A DNA stretch of 64,000 bases, from positions 2,631,766 through 2,695,765 of the forward strand of contig CAVUPM010000002.1 in NCBI GenBank assembly GCA_963743355.1. The letters are read 5' to 3'. This DNA is from an uncultured Candidatus Rokubacteria bacterium. Its GTDB lineage: Bacteria > Methylomirabilota > Methylomirabilia > Rokubacteriales > CSP1-6. The notes beneath the pieces are model-generated. The model worked only from the letters and a program-made list of their open reading frames with translations. It did no database searches and was not told where the DNA came from. Shown one piece after another: positions 7,910 to 16,739 of the stretch; the first letter of the stretch is position 1, and each line of letters starts with the position of its first letter. The translations under genes were made by a program, and so were the position numbers.

Positions 7910-9725
7910 CGTCGGCCATGGTCCGGGATCGACTCCCGGGCTTTCCTCGCGGGACTCTAGGCAGTCCGGGCCAAGGGCGCGCCGTCAACACGCTCACCAG
8001 CGCACTCTGCTGCGGCACGCGGCCGAGCAGCAGGCGCGCCATGACGTAGCCTGCGACCACCAGCGCCGTCTGGAGCAAGGCCAGCACGGACGCGGCCTCC
8101 TGCCGGCCGGTCACGGTCCAGAGAAAGATGTCCACCGACAGCATGCGGCTGCCGGGGCCGGCCAGGAGGACGGCCAGATCGAGCACCCGCACGGCGACGA
8201 CGAAGAGGAGGATCCACGCCCCCAGGATGGCCGGCCGCAGGAGCGGCACCCAGATGCGCACGACCGTCCGCAGCCAGGACGCGCCGTGGATCCGCGCCGA
8301 CTCCTCGAGCTCGGCGCCGATCTGCACCATCGTGGCGGTGAAGAACCGCGAGCCCACGGGAAGCCCGCGCGCCACGAACACCAGCACCAGCAGCCAGAGG
8401 GTGCCGTAGATGGGAAGCGCCACGAACGCCCACAGGAAGCCGAGGGCCATGACCAGCCCCGGCACCGCCCACGGCGCCCACGCGATCATGTCGAGGACCT
8501 GGCGTCCCGGCCAGGTCGTCCGCGTGACGACGTAGGAAATGAGCGCGGAGGCAACCATGCCCAGCGTCGCCGCCGCCACGGCCACCGTGAGCGTGTCCTT
8601 GATCGAGGTGAGCACCGCCGTGCGCGACAGCGCGTCGGTCCAGTGCCGGGTGGTAAACATCTCCCACGCCAGAAAGCCGCTGATCTCCATGAAAGAGTTC
8701 AGGAGCAGGACCACGAGCGGCAGCGCGCCGAACACCAGGAAGAAGCCGACGATGCAGCCGAACGGCAGCCAGCGCCACGTCCCGAGGTCGAGGGGCCGGG
8801 CCCGATATCCACGACCGGAGATCGTCGTGTAGGCGCGCCCCTTCAGGAGCTTCCACTGCACCACGATCAGGCTCACGGTGAGCAGCAGCAGCAGGACCGC
8901 GAGCACCATGGCGGGACCGAAGCGGGCGACGTGCCCGCCGTAGGCGAGGTCGTAGATCCGGGTCGTGAACACGAAGATCTTCGCCGGCGTTCCCAGGAGC
9001 TGCGGGATCTCGAACGCCTCCATCGCCACCACGAAGGAGAGGATGCCCGAGGCCAGCAGGGCCGGCAGCAGCAGCGGGAGGTTGACCCGCCAGATGGTGC
9101 GCCAGGCGCTGGCGCCGGCCATGCGCGCCGCTTCCTCGAGCGTCGCGTCCATGGCCTGGAACGCTGGATAGACGAACAGGAACAGCACCGGCGCCGATCG
9201 CACGGCGCCGAGGACGATCAACCCGCCGTACGAGTAGACGTTGACGAACGTCTCCACGCCCGGGACGATCACGCGCAGCCACTGGTTCAGCAGGCCGACG
9301 TTCGGAGCGCCGAGCAGCATCCACGCCAGCACCCACGGCAGCTCCGGCAGGAAGAAGAGGAACACCAGGAGCCCTTCCAGCAACCGCTTGCCCGGCGTGG
9401 TCGTGCGGGCGATGCACCACGCAAAGGCCGTGGCGAGCAGTAGCGCCAGCACCGTTCTCGGCACCGCGATGAGGATGCTCGTGACGAGCACGCGGTACGT
9501 GCTGGCGTCGGCGAGGACGGCGCGCCAGTGCTCCAGGGTGAAGGCGCTCGGCTGCCCCGGGGCCGCGTCCCTCACGCTACCGTAGAGCACCATGGCCAGC
9601 GGGTACACGACCATGAACGCCGTCGCCGCCAGCAAGACCAGCGGGAGGAGCGTCCGCGCGGCAGCCGCCGAGTCGCCCGGCGTGCCTGGCGCCGTCCGCT
9701 CGATCGCGGTGTCGGACGTCGCCAT
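7629..9725 (-). CDS. Fused two-domain ABC transporter permease (FbpB/ThiP-like, iron(III)/thiamine type)
   Basis: Two permease halves, each with an EAA loop (LEEAARMAGASAWRTIWRVNLP and ELEESARIHGASWLRTVVRIWVP). The last roughly 110 aa are low-complexity and run into the downstream pseudogene, so the real end is probably near 7970. Confidence 0.75.
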   Translation of the reverse strand: MATSDTAIERTAPGTPGDSAAAARTLLPLVLLAATAFMVVYPLAMVLYGSVRDAAPGQPSAFTLEHWRAVLADASTYRVLVTSILIAVPRTVLALLLATAFAWCIARTTTPGKRLLEGLLVFLFFLPELPWVLAWMLLGAPNVGLLNQWLRVIVPGVETFVNVYSYGGLIVLGAVRSAPVLFLFVYPAFQAMDATLEEAARMAGASAWRTIWRVNLPLLLPALLASGILSFVVAMEAFEIPQLLGTPAKIFVFTTRIYDLAYGGHVARFGPAMVLAVLLLLLTVSLIVVQWKLLKGRAYTTISGRGYRARPLDLGTWRWLPFGCIVGFFLVFGALPLVVLLLNSFMEISGFLAWEMFTTRHWTDALSRTAVLTSIKDTLTVAVAAATLGMVASALISYVVTRTTWPGRQVLDMIAWAPWAVPGLVMALGFLWAFVALPIYGTLWLLVLVFVARGLPVGSRFFTATMVQIGAELEESARIHGASWLRTVVRIWVPLLRPAILGAWILLFVVAVRVLDLAVLLAGPGSRMLSVDIFLWTVTGRQEAASVLALLQTALVVAGYVMARLLLGRVPQQSALVSVLTARPWPGLPRVPRGKPGSRSRTMADDDDRAGARVQRPRRARRPGRGPLRGRGPGSPDRDAGAQPTSVRPPTGRSSSRSRIRGGSSTVGTPSCSRGESAAITAGWRTVPWARCRSDVAR

Positions 9726-9729
9726 CGGC

Positions 9730-10854
9730 CTATTTCAGGCCAGCCGCCTTCAGGTGGGGCTCGGCCTTGGCCGACCACTCGAAGAACAGCTTGGAGCCGA
9801 ACTCGTAGGTGTCCGGGTTGTTCGGAAACGGCTTCGCCGTCGCGAAGTGGGCCAGCTCGGGGATGGACGGCTTCACGTCTCGGCGGATGAACGGCCCACC
9901 CGGGTCGTCGGCCTGGATCTGCTGCGCTGACTTCGTCAGCAGGTAGTTCAGGAAGACCCGGCCGGCGTTGGGGTGAGGCGCCCCCTGGAGCAGGTTGATA
10001 CCGCCGGTCAGAAGCATCACCCCGTCCTCCGGCACGACCAGACGGAACGGATGCGGCTTGGGCAGTCGCCAGATGTCCGCGGCGCCGACCTGCGTGGGAT
10101 GGATGAAGATGCCGTACTCGCCGCGGGCGATCTGCTTGGGCGCGTCGATCTCCGCCCGGGTCAGGGCCTTCACGTTGGCAATGACCTTGCGCAGGTGCTC
10201 GTCACCGTAGGCGCGCCAGGCATAGGCGGCCCAGCGCGAGCCGGGGGAGGGGCCGATCGGCTCGGAGAGGACGATGAGGCCCTTGTACTTCGGATCCTCC
10301 AGGTCCTTGTAGCTGCGCGGCCCCATCTCGGGCGGGACGAGCTTGTTGTTGACGAGCAGGAAGTACCCACCGGCGGTGAAGTGCAGCGTGTGGCCGTGGC
10401 CCGCCTTCACGTCGACCAGGGGGTCGACGATCCACTGCACGCCCGGCTCCTGGAGCGCGGGGAGGGTGCCGAACGATTGATCCAGCTTGCGGGCCGCGAG
10501 GCGCCGGTTTTCCGGGCTCCCCGAGGACCGGACGTCGATGCTCGGCTTGCCCGCGGCACGCTCGGCGTTCCAGCGCGCCTCGAAGTCGCCGGTGCGGCCG
10601 GGCGACAGCTCGACCCTGATGCCGTACAGCCGCTCGAACTCCCGCGCGTGCCGTTCCGTCGCGGCGCCCGGCGCGCCAAAAAACGACCAGACCACCACGC
10701 CCTCCTTCTTGGCGGCCGCGACCACCTCGTCCCAGGCCTTCGCCGAGGCCGGCGGGCTGCCGCCCGTCTGGGCCATGGTCCGCGGCCCGGCCACGAGCAC
10801 GAACAGCACGAGCCCCACGGCGCCAACCATCAACAGGCTTGTCCTGTATGTCAC
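9730..10854 (-). CDS. ABC transporter periplasmic substrate-binding protein, Fe3+/thiamine type (FbpA/AfuA-like)
   Basis: N-terminal signal peptide (MTYRTSLLMVGAVGLVLFVLVAGPRTMAQ), about 370 aa. Sits between the ATPase and permease genes of the same operon. The start is GTG, preceded by a GGGAGGGG RBS. Confidence 0.8.
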   Translation of the reverse strand: MTYRTSLLMVGAVGLVLFVLVAGPRTMAQTGGSPPASAKAWDEVVAAAKKEGVVVWSFFGAPGAATERHAREFERLYGIRVELSPGRTGDFEARWNAERAAGKPSIDVRSSGSPENRRLAARKLDQSFGTLPALQEPGVQWIVDPLVDVKAGHGHTLHFTAGGYFLLVNNKLVPPEMGPRSYKDLEDPKYKGLIVLSEPIGPSPGSRWAAYAWRAYGDEHLRKVIANVKALTRAEIDAPKQIARGEYGIFIHPTQVGAADIWRLPKPHPFRLVVPEDGVMLLTGGINLLQGAPHPNAGRVFLNYLLTKSAQQIQADDPGGPFIRRDVKPSIPELAHFATAKPFPNNPDTYEFGSKLFFEWSAKAEPHLKAAGLK

Positions 10855-10867
10855 ATCGCCCCTCCCA

Positions 10868-10970
10868 GTGAGACTGGGGGCCCCGACATGGCCCCCAGAC
10901 CCCCAATCGCTCGGGGCGCCCCGGCGGAGCCGTGGCGCCCCTCGACATTCCGCTCAGATTCCTAGACTAG
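10868..10970 (+). repeat. Intergenic palindrome-containing repeat, copy B
   Basis: GTGAGACTGGGGGCCCCGACATGGCCCCCAGA…GGCGCCCCGGCGGAGCCGTGGCGCCCCTCGACATTCCGCTCAGATTCCTAGACTAG. It exactly fills the gap between the ATPase stop and the SBP start, and its terminal CTAG supplies the ATPase stop codon. Confidence 0.7.
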
Positions 10971-12049
10971 CGGGCGCGCCAGGCGCGGATCGCGCTCGCG
11001 GGAATCTCGAGCTGCACGACCGTTCCCTTGCTCAGCGGCTCGATCACCGGGCCCGAGGCGCGGACCCGGGCCGCGCCCACGGCGACGACGTACTCGACGC
11101 GCTCGCCCAGGTAGATCGCCGACAGGACCGTGCCCTGCCAGTGGCCGCCGGTCGAGGGCGGGCACACCCGGACGTCGGCCGACCGGAACGCGAGGACGAT
11201 CTCCTCACCGTCCTGCCAGCCCTGGTCCGGCGCCAGGGCCACCTCGCCGCCGTTGAGGCCGTCCGCGCGCGCCACGCAGACGCCGTCCGGCCGTCGCGTC
11301 ACCCGGGCCCGGACGTGATCGGCCTGGCCGAGGAAGTCCATCACGAACCGCGAGCACGGCTGCTCGTAGATCTGCCGCGGCGTGCCGGCCTGGGCGATCC
11401 GGCCGGCGCTCATCACGAACACCCGGTCGGACAGGATCATGGCCTCGGCCTGGTCGTGGGTGACGAAGACGGTGGTGACCCCGACGCGGGCCTGCAGCTC
11501 CTTCAGCTCGATGCGCATCTCCTCGCGAAGCCGCGCATCGAGATTGGAGAACGGCTCGTCGAGGAGCAGCACCTCGGGGTCCGCCACCAGCGCGCGCCCG
11601 AGCGCCACTCGCTGCTGCTGGCCGCCGGAGAGCAGCGGCGCCGGACGATCGTGGAACCCCTGCAGGCCGAGCGTCACCAGGATCGCCATGACCCGTTCCC
11701 GGATCTCGCCCGGGCGCAGCCGTTTTTCCCGGAGCGGAAAGGCGATGTTCTCGAACACCGTCATGTGCGGCCAGATGGCGTAGGTCTGGAACACCATGCC
11801 CATGCGCCGCTTCTCGGGCGCGAGGAAGACGGCCTGCGTGGTGGATGTCAGCAGCCGCCCGCCCACGGACACCTCACCCGCGTCGGGCCTCTCGAGGCCG
11901 GCGATGAGCCGGAGCGTGGTGGTCTTGCCGCAGCCGCTCGGCCCGAGCAGCGTCGCGAGTGATCCGGCGGGAACCTCGAATCCCACGCCGTTCACGGCCA
12001 GGGCCTTGCCGAACGCCTTCGTCAGACCGCTCACCCGGATGTCCGGCAC
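10967..12049 (-). CDS. ABC transporter ATP-binding protein (FbpC/PotA-like importer ATPase with C-terminal TOBE-like domain)
   Basis: Walker A GPSGCGKTT, signature LSGGQQQRVALGRAL and Walker B LLLDEP. A GTG start at 12049 follows GGAGG with a 7-nt spacer. The listed ORF extends further upstream but that stretch is low-complexity. Confidence 0.85.
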   Translation of the reverse strand: MPDIRVSGLTKAFGKALAVNGVGFEVPAGSLATLLGPSGCGKTTTLRLIAGLERPDAGEVSVGGRLLTSTTQAVFLAPEKRRMGMVFQTYAIWPHMTVFENIAFPLREKRLRPGEIRERVMAILVTLGLQGFHDRPAPLLSGGQQQRVALGRALVADPEVLLLDEPFSNLDARLREEMRIELKELQARVGVTTVFVTHDQAEAMILSDRVFVMSAGRIAQAGTPRQIYEQPCSRFVMDFLGQADHVRARVTRRPDGVCVARADGLNGGEVALAPDQGWQDGEEIVLAFRSADVRVCPPSTGGHWQGTVLSAIYLGERVEYVVAVGAARVRASGPVIEPLSKGTVVQLEIPASAIRAWRAR

Positions 12050-12156
12050 AGCCCGCCTCCTTGCAGTCCTGTCCTGATACCCGAGAACGAGGGCGAAGTC
12101 CAGAGACGGCGGTGCCCGCGGCCTCCGCCGCGCCTGGCTTCGAGTACCATCGGCGC

Positions 12157-13470
12157 GTGGGATGGATCCCGGGCGGGCCGGTCGCGGATGGAGGCGTCCC
12201 CGCGCGCGTGGCCGAGGCGTTCCGGCTGGAGTCCGCGCGCGTGGTCGCCTCCGTGCTGCGGATCGTGCGCGACATCGACGCGGCGGAAGAGATCGTGCAG
12301 GAGGCGTTCGCGCGGGCGCTCGATCGGTGGCCCACCGGCGGCACACCCGATCGCCCGGGCGCGTGGCTCCTGACGACGGCCCGGCGGCGCGCGCTCGATC
12401 ACCTGCGCCGGGCTCGCCGGGCCGGCCGGCACGCCGCCGCGCTCGCGTACGAGGCGGCGCTCGACGCGCTCGACGAGGAGCCCGGCGTGACCGAGCCCGG
12501 AGCGATCGCCGACGACCGGCTCCGCCTGATCTTCACGTGCTGCCATCCGGGCCTGCCGGCCGACAGCCGCGTCGCGCTCACGCTGAGGCTGGTCGGCGGC
12601 CTGTCGACGCCGGAGATCGCGCGGGCCTTCCTCGTGCCCGAGCCCACGATCGCCCAGCGGCTCGTGCGCGCGAAGCGGACGATCCGCGACCGCGCCCTGC
12701 CCTACGAGGTCCCCGAGGGCGCCGAGCTGGCCGCGCGGCTGCCGGCGGTACTCGCGGTGGTCTACCTGATCTTCAACGAGGGCTACGCCGCCCACGCCGG
12801 CGACACTCTCGTGCGTCACGACCTTTGCCACGAGGCCATCCGCCTCGGGCACATGCTCGCCGAGCTGATGTCCGACGAGTCGGAGGTACTGGGACTCCTG
12901 GCGTTGATGGAGCTGCAGGCCTCCCGGGGCGCGACGCGCACCGACGCCGACGGCGAGCTCGTCCTGCTCGCCGATCAGGATCGGGCGCGCTGGGATCGGG
13001 CGGCCATCGCGCGCGGCCTGGCCGGGCTCGACCGCGCGGGGCGGCTGGAGCGAGCCGGACCGTACCAGCTGCAGGCGGCCATCGCCGCCTGCCACGCGCG
13101 CGCGGGCTCCTGGGAAGCGACGGACTGGTCGACGATCGTCGGGTACTACGATGCGCTCGCGGCCGTCACGCCCTCGCCGGTGATCGAGCTGAATCGAGCG
13201 GTGGCGATCGGCCTGGCGTCCGGACCGGCGGCTGGCCTGGCGGCGCTCGACGGCATCGGCGCCGACGCGCTGCACGGCTATCACCTGCTGCCCGCCGCCC
13301 GCGCCGACTTCCTGCGCCGCCTCGGGCGCTGGACGGAGGCGGCCGCGGAGTACCGCCGGGCGCTCGAGCTCGTCGACAATGCCCGTGAGCGATCGTTCCT
13401 CGCAGCCAGGCTCGCCGCCTGCGAAGCCCGGCGTGACGCGGGCGGGGTGGGCGTGAGGTGGGGTCCGTGA
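12157..13470 (+). CDS. ECF-type sigma-70 factor with a long C-terminal TPR-like extension (ECF42-like)
   Basis: Sigma2 and sigma4 regions are present (…IVQEAFARALDRW…, …LVGGLSTPEIARAFLVPEPTIAQRLVRAKRTIR). The YLIFNEGY motif is followed by about 200 aa of helical repeats. A YciI/DGPF gene lies nearby at 6637. The start is assigned to an in-frame GTG. Confidence 0.75.
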   Translation: MGWIPGGPVADGGVPARVAEAFRLESARVVASVLRIVRDIDAAEEIVQEAFARALDRWPTGGTPDRPGAWLLTTARRRALDHLRRARRAGRHAAALAYEAALDALDEEPGVTEPGAIADDRLRLIFTCCHPGLPADSRVALTLRLVGGLSTPEIARAFLVPEPTIAQRLVRAKRTIRDRALPYEVPEGAELAARLPAVLAVVYLIFNEGYAAHAGDTLVRHDLCHEAIRLGHMLAELMSDESEVLGLLALMELQASRGATRTDADGELVLLADQDRARWDRAAIARGLAGLDRAGRLERAGPYQLQAAIAACHARAGSWEATDWSTIVGYYDALAAVTPSPVIELNRAVAIGLASGPAAGLAALDGIGADALHGYHLLPAARADFLRRLGRWTEAAAEYRRALELVDNARERSFLAARLAACEARRDAGGVGVRWGP

Positions 13471-13587
13471 GACCCGTTCCCGTCATGCCGGACCGGGCGC
13501 CCTCCAGCCGGATGGAGCCCAGCCGAGGCGGATCCGAAGCGGACTCCCGCCGCGTGGTAGCACGGACCCCACCTCATGCCCACCCCG

Positions 13588-13697
13588 CCCGCGGCGCACC
13601 GGTCGAGGAGCGTTACGGCTCCGCCGGGACGCTCCGAGCCGCCCGGGGGGCGTGGGGGGCCATGTCGGGGCCCCCCAGCGGAATGATCGCGTAGAAG
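13588..13697 (-). repeat. Intergenic palindrome-containing repeat, copy C (inverted orientation)
   Basis: Its reverse complement reads …GCTGGGGGGGCCCCGACATGGCCCCCCACGCCCCCCGGGCGGCTCGGAGCGTCCCGGCGGAGCCGTAACGCTCCTCGAC…. It overlaps the 3' end of the cupin ORF. Confidence 0.65.
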
Positions 13698-14053
13698 CGG
13701 GGCTGGTCGCCGACCACGCGGGTGACGTGGCCCTGGCCGGTGAGGTCCTCGGCGAGGACGACGTCGCCGGGCCCGACGCGGGCCACCGTGCCGTCGCCGA
13801 CCTCGATCTCCGCCAGACCCGAGAGCGAGATCGAGTACTGCCGCCGGGGCGCGCAGTGCCAGTCGAGCACGTAGCCGGGCGGCGAGACGCGAAACGTGAT
13901 GCCGGTCGCTGCCTGCGTGGGGGCCGCCTCGCCGTACGCGCCCTCCACGTCGACGAACGGCTTCATCGCCAGCGGCGTCTCCTCGACGTGCGACTTGCCA
14001 TCCGGACCGCTGTACACCCGCCAGATCTTCGGCACGTCCGTCGGCCGGCTCAC
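13613..14053 (-). CDS. Cupin-domain protein
   Basis: About 147 aa from a GTG that overlaps the upstream TGA (GTGA). Cupin-like core GDGTVARVGPGDVVLAEDLTGQGHVTRVVGDQPRFYAI. The last roughly 25 codons are encoded by repeat copy C. Confidence 0.55.
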   Translation of the reverse strand: MSRPTDVPKIWRVYSGPDGKSHVEETPLAMKPFVDVEGAYGEAAPTQAATGITFRVSPPGYVLDWHCAPRRQYSISLSGLAEIEVGDGTVARVGPGDVVLAEDLTGQGHVTRVVGDQPRFYAIIPLGGPDMAPHAPRAARSVPAEP

Positions 14054-14987
14054 ACGCCCTGGAGCTGGGCGCGACCCCAGGCCACGTCGACCGCGCCCGC
14101 GGGCGTGACGACGGCGCCGGGGACCTCCGGCACGACGGGGTCCTGGCCGGCCACCGTCGTGCGATGCATCACGCGGCGGTACGCGCTCTCGTCCCACGGG
14201 CGCCCGCGGTGCAGCACGCAGCGGTTGTCCCACATCACCAGATCGCCCGGCTGCCAGCGATGCGTGTAGACGAGCCCGGGGCGCGTCGCGCGCTGGAGCA
14301 GATCGCGGAGCAGCGCGCGCGCCTCCTCGGTCGGCATGCCGACGATCTCGCAGGCGTGCGACCCCACGTAGAACGCCTTGCGCCCATGGCGCGGGTTGGC
14401 GCGCACGAGCGCCTGGGGGACGGGCGGAACCTGGGCGGCGTGATCCGGCGGCAGCAGGCCGTCGTCGATCAGGCCGCGCGAATAGACGAAGCTGTGGATG
14501 GCGACCCTGCCCTCGAGGAACCGCTGCGTCGGCTCCGGCAGCGCCTCGTAGGCGACCCGCATGCTCGCGAACTCCGTCTCGCCTCCCCGGGTGGCACCTC
14601 GCGCGCCGACAGCAGCGAGGCGTGGGCCGGCACGCGCTTGAAGGAGCTGTCGCTGTGCCACATCTGGTTGCCGGCGTTGAAGAGGTTGCGCTTGTCGCCG
14701 GCCGGGATCAGCCGGTCCTCGGCGTCCACGTTGGCGAGGTTCGAGACCTCGGGGGCAACCCGGGCCAGCGAGGTGATCGTGCGGAGCGACGTCTCGAGCG
14801 GTCCGAACCGGCGGCTGAAGGCGATCTGCGCCTCGTCGCCGAGCTGCTGCCCGCGGAAGAGCAGCACCGAGTGCTCGTCGAAGGCCTCGACGATCTCGGC
14901 GAACCTCGCGTCGTCCACGCCCCGGACGTCGACGCCCAGGATCTCGACCCCGAAGCACGGATGCAACCGACGCGTCTCGAGCGCCAT
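14050..14987 (-). pseudogene. TauD/TfdA-family alpha-ketoglutarate-dependent dioxygenase with a single frameshift
   Basis: The N-part (MALETRRLHPCFGVEILGVDV…HSDSSFKRVPAHASLLSAREVPP) and C-part (GGETEFASMRVAYEALPE…HRWQPGDLVMWDNRCVLHRG) are in different frames. The break is in a C/G run near 14590. GGGAGG RBS. Confidence 0.75.
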
Positions 14988-15007
14988 GGCAGCGTCCTCC
15001 CTGAGGG

Positions 15008-16610
15008 TTACTCGGCCAGCCAGACGGTGTCGAGCGTCTGGTTGAGGAAGTGGCTCGGCATGATCGTCCAGCCTCGGACCTTGGCGTTGTGGGGAATGAT
15101 CCGGTGCCACTGGAAGCCCATGATGAAGTGCACTTCGTCGTCGTAGAGGCGCTTCTCGAACTGCCGCAGGAGCCGCCGCCGTTCCTCGGGATCCAGCGTC
15201 CGCGACTGCCGGGCGTAGAGGTCGTCCATCACGGTGTCCTTGTGCTTGCCGTAGTTCACCGGCGACGTCGTGAGGAACCAGTGGATGTCCATGTCGGGCT
15301 CGACGATCGAGTTGCAGGGCGCGGTGACGGCCACCTCGAAGTCGCCGCTTCCTCAGCGCCCCGAACCAGCCGGACGTCTCCAGCGACACGTGCTTGACGG
15401 TGATGCCCACCTGCCGCCACTGATCGATGAGCCAGATGCCGAACGGCTCGTAGGGCTGCGGCACCGCGCGGTTCAGCAGCGTGAACGACAGGTTCTCGAC
15501 GCCGGCCTCCTTGAGCAGGCGCCGCGCCTCGGCCCGCGCCGCGTTGATGTCGCGGCCGTAGCCGGCCAGCTTCTCCAGCTCGGCCGGCGGCGTCGCCCAC
15601 GGGGTGCCGGGCACCTGGATGCCGGCCACCTCCTTGATCAGCGCGATCCGGGAGAGCGCCTTGGAGCCCTCGTGCCGGTCGAGCGCCAGCGTGAGCGCGC
15701 GCCGCACACGCTTGTCGTCGAACGGCTTCTTCTGCTCGTTGGGCGTGACCCCGATGGAGCAGTTCCACGGGCTCTCCTGCACCGTGATCTTGCTGCCGAG
15801 CGCGTTCACCAGGCTGTCGCGGTCGGCCGGCGTGAAGCCGCGGAACTGGATCATGGCGCGCTCGCCGCGGACGGCCGCCACCTGGGCGGAGGCGCTGGGG
15901 ATGAAGATGGCGCGAAAGCCGTCGAGGTAGGGCTTGCCCTTGTCCCAGTAGTCGGGGTTCTTCTTGCCGACCCAGTGCGAGCCGCGCACGTACTCGACGA
16001 ACTTGAAGGGGCCGGTGCCCATCACGTTCTTCTCGTACCAGCGCGGGTCCTTGGCCAGGATGTCGGCCTTGTAGATCCAGTTCCAGGGCGACGCCAGCTG
16101 GGCCATGAACGAGGCTTCCGGGCGCTTCAGCCGGAAGACGACCGTGTCCGGCGTCGGCGCCTCCACCGACTCCACGGTGGCGTAGGTGGCCTGGCGGCTC
16201 GAGACGACGCCGGGCGGCGGGAAGATGATGTGGTCGTAGGAGGCCTTGACGTCCTTCGACGTCATCACGCTGCCGTCGTGGAACTTCACGCCCTGGCGGA
16301 CCTTGAACGTGTAGGTCCGGTGGTCCGGCGAGATCGTCCACGACTCGGCGAGGTCGCCCACGAACTTGGTGCCGGTGCGGTCGGTGGGATCGACCCGCAT
16401 CAGCGTGTTGTACTGCGGCGCCCTCGGGTGGAGCATCGCGAACGTTTCCTCGCGGTGCGCGTCGAAGCTCGGGGGCTCGGCGGCGACGACGAAGACCAGC
16501 TCGCCGCCGCTGCGGGGTTTCTCCTGCGCGGCCGCCGGCGCGACCGCGGCGAGGGTGATGAGCAGAGCCAGGCACGTGACGATCGACACTGATCTGACGC
16601 ACAGCCTCAT
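15008..16610 (-). pseudogene. ABC transporter substrate-binding protein, family 5 (DppA/OppA/NikA-like), one frameshift
   Basis: Signal peptide (MRLCVRSVSIVTCLALLITLAAVAPAAAQ), then the SBP_bac_5-like body to …GWFGALRKR, then a frame change near 15337 into …DFEVAVTAPCNSIVEPDMDIHWFLTTSPVNYGKHKD…TVWLAE. Confidence 0.75.
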
Positions 16611-16739
16611 GTGAGCGGCCTCCGAAGAGCGAAAGGGTGCCGGTACGATAGCACGGCCCCGGGCCGGACAAGGTTGGGGCCGGCCGGGGCGGTGTTTCGG
16701 CTACCATTCGAGGGACCGAGGCCGGAAAGGAGTCCCCCG

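Noticed and set aside
7881-9443. A 520-aa plus-strand ORF opposite the ABC permease
   Set aside because: Low-complexity R/G/D/E-rich shadow ORF.
9973-11962. Plus-strand ORFs (330 aa and 491 aa) opposite the SBP and ATPase genes
   Set aside because: Shadow ORFs. The minus-strand genes carry canonical ABC motifs.
10967-12346. The N-terminal 99 codons of the listed ATPase ORF
   Set aside because: Arg/Pro-rich read-through upstream of the real GTG start at 12049, which has a GGAGG RBS. It is not part of the protein.
15256-16707. 483-aa and 440-aa ORFs overlapping the family-5 SBP gene
   Set aside because: Alternative-frame shadow ORFs with low-complexity translations.
16611-16739. A GC-rich near-palindrome (GGCCCCGGGCCGG…GGGGCCGGCCGGGGC) in the divergent SBP/fba intergenic region, considered as a regulatory hairpin
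   Set aside because: The arms are not properly complementary. It looks like simple GC-rich sequence, so no functional call is made.
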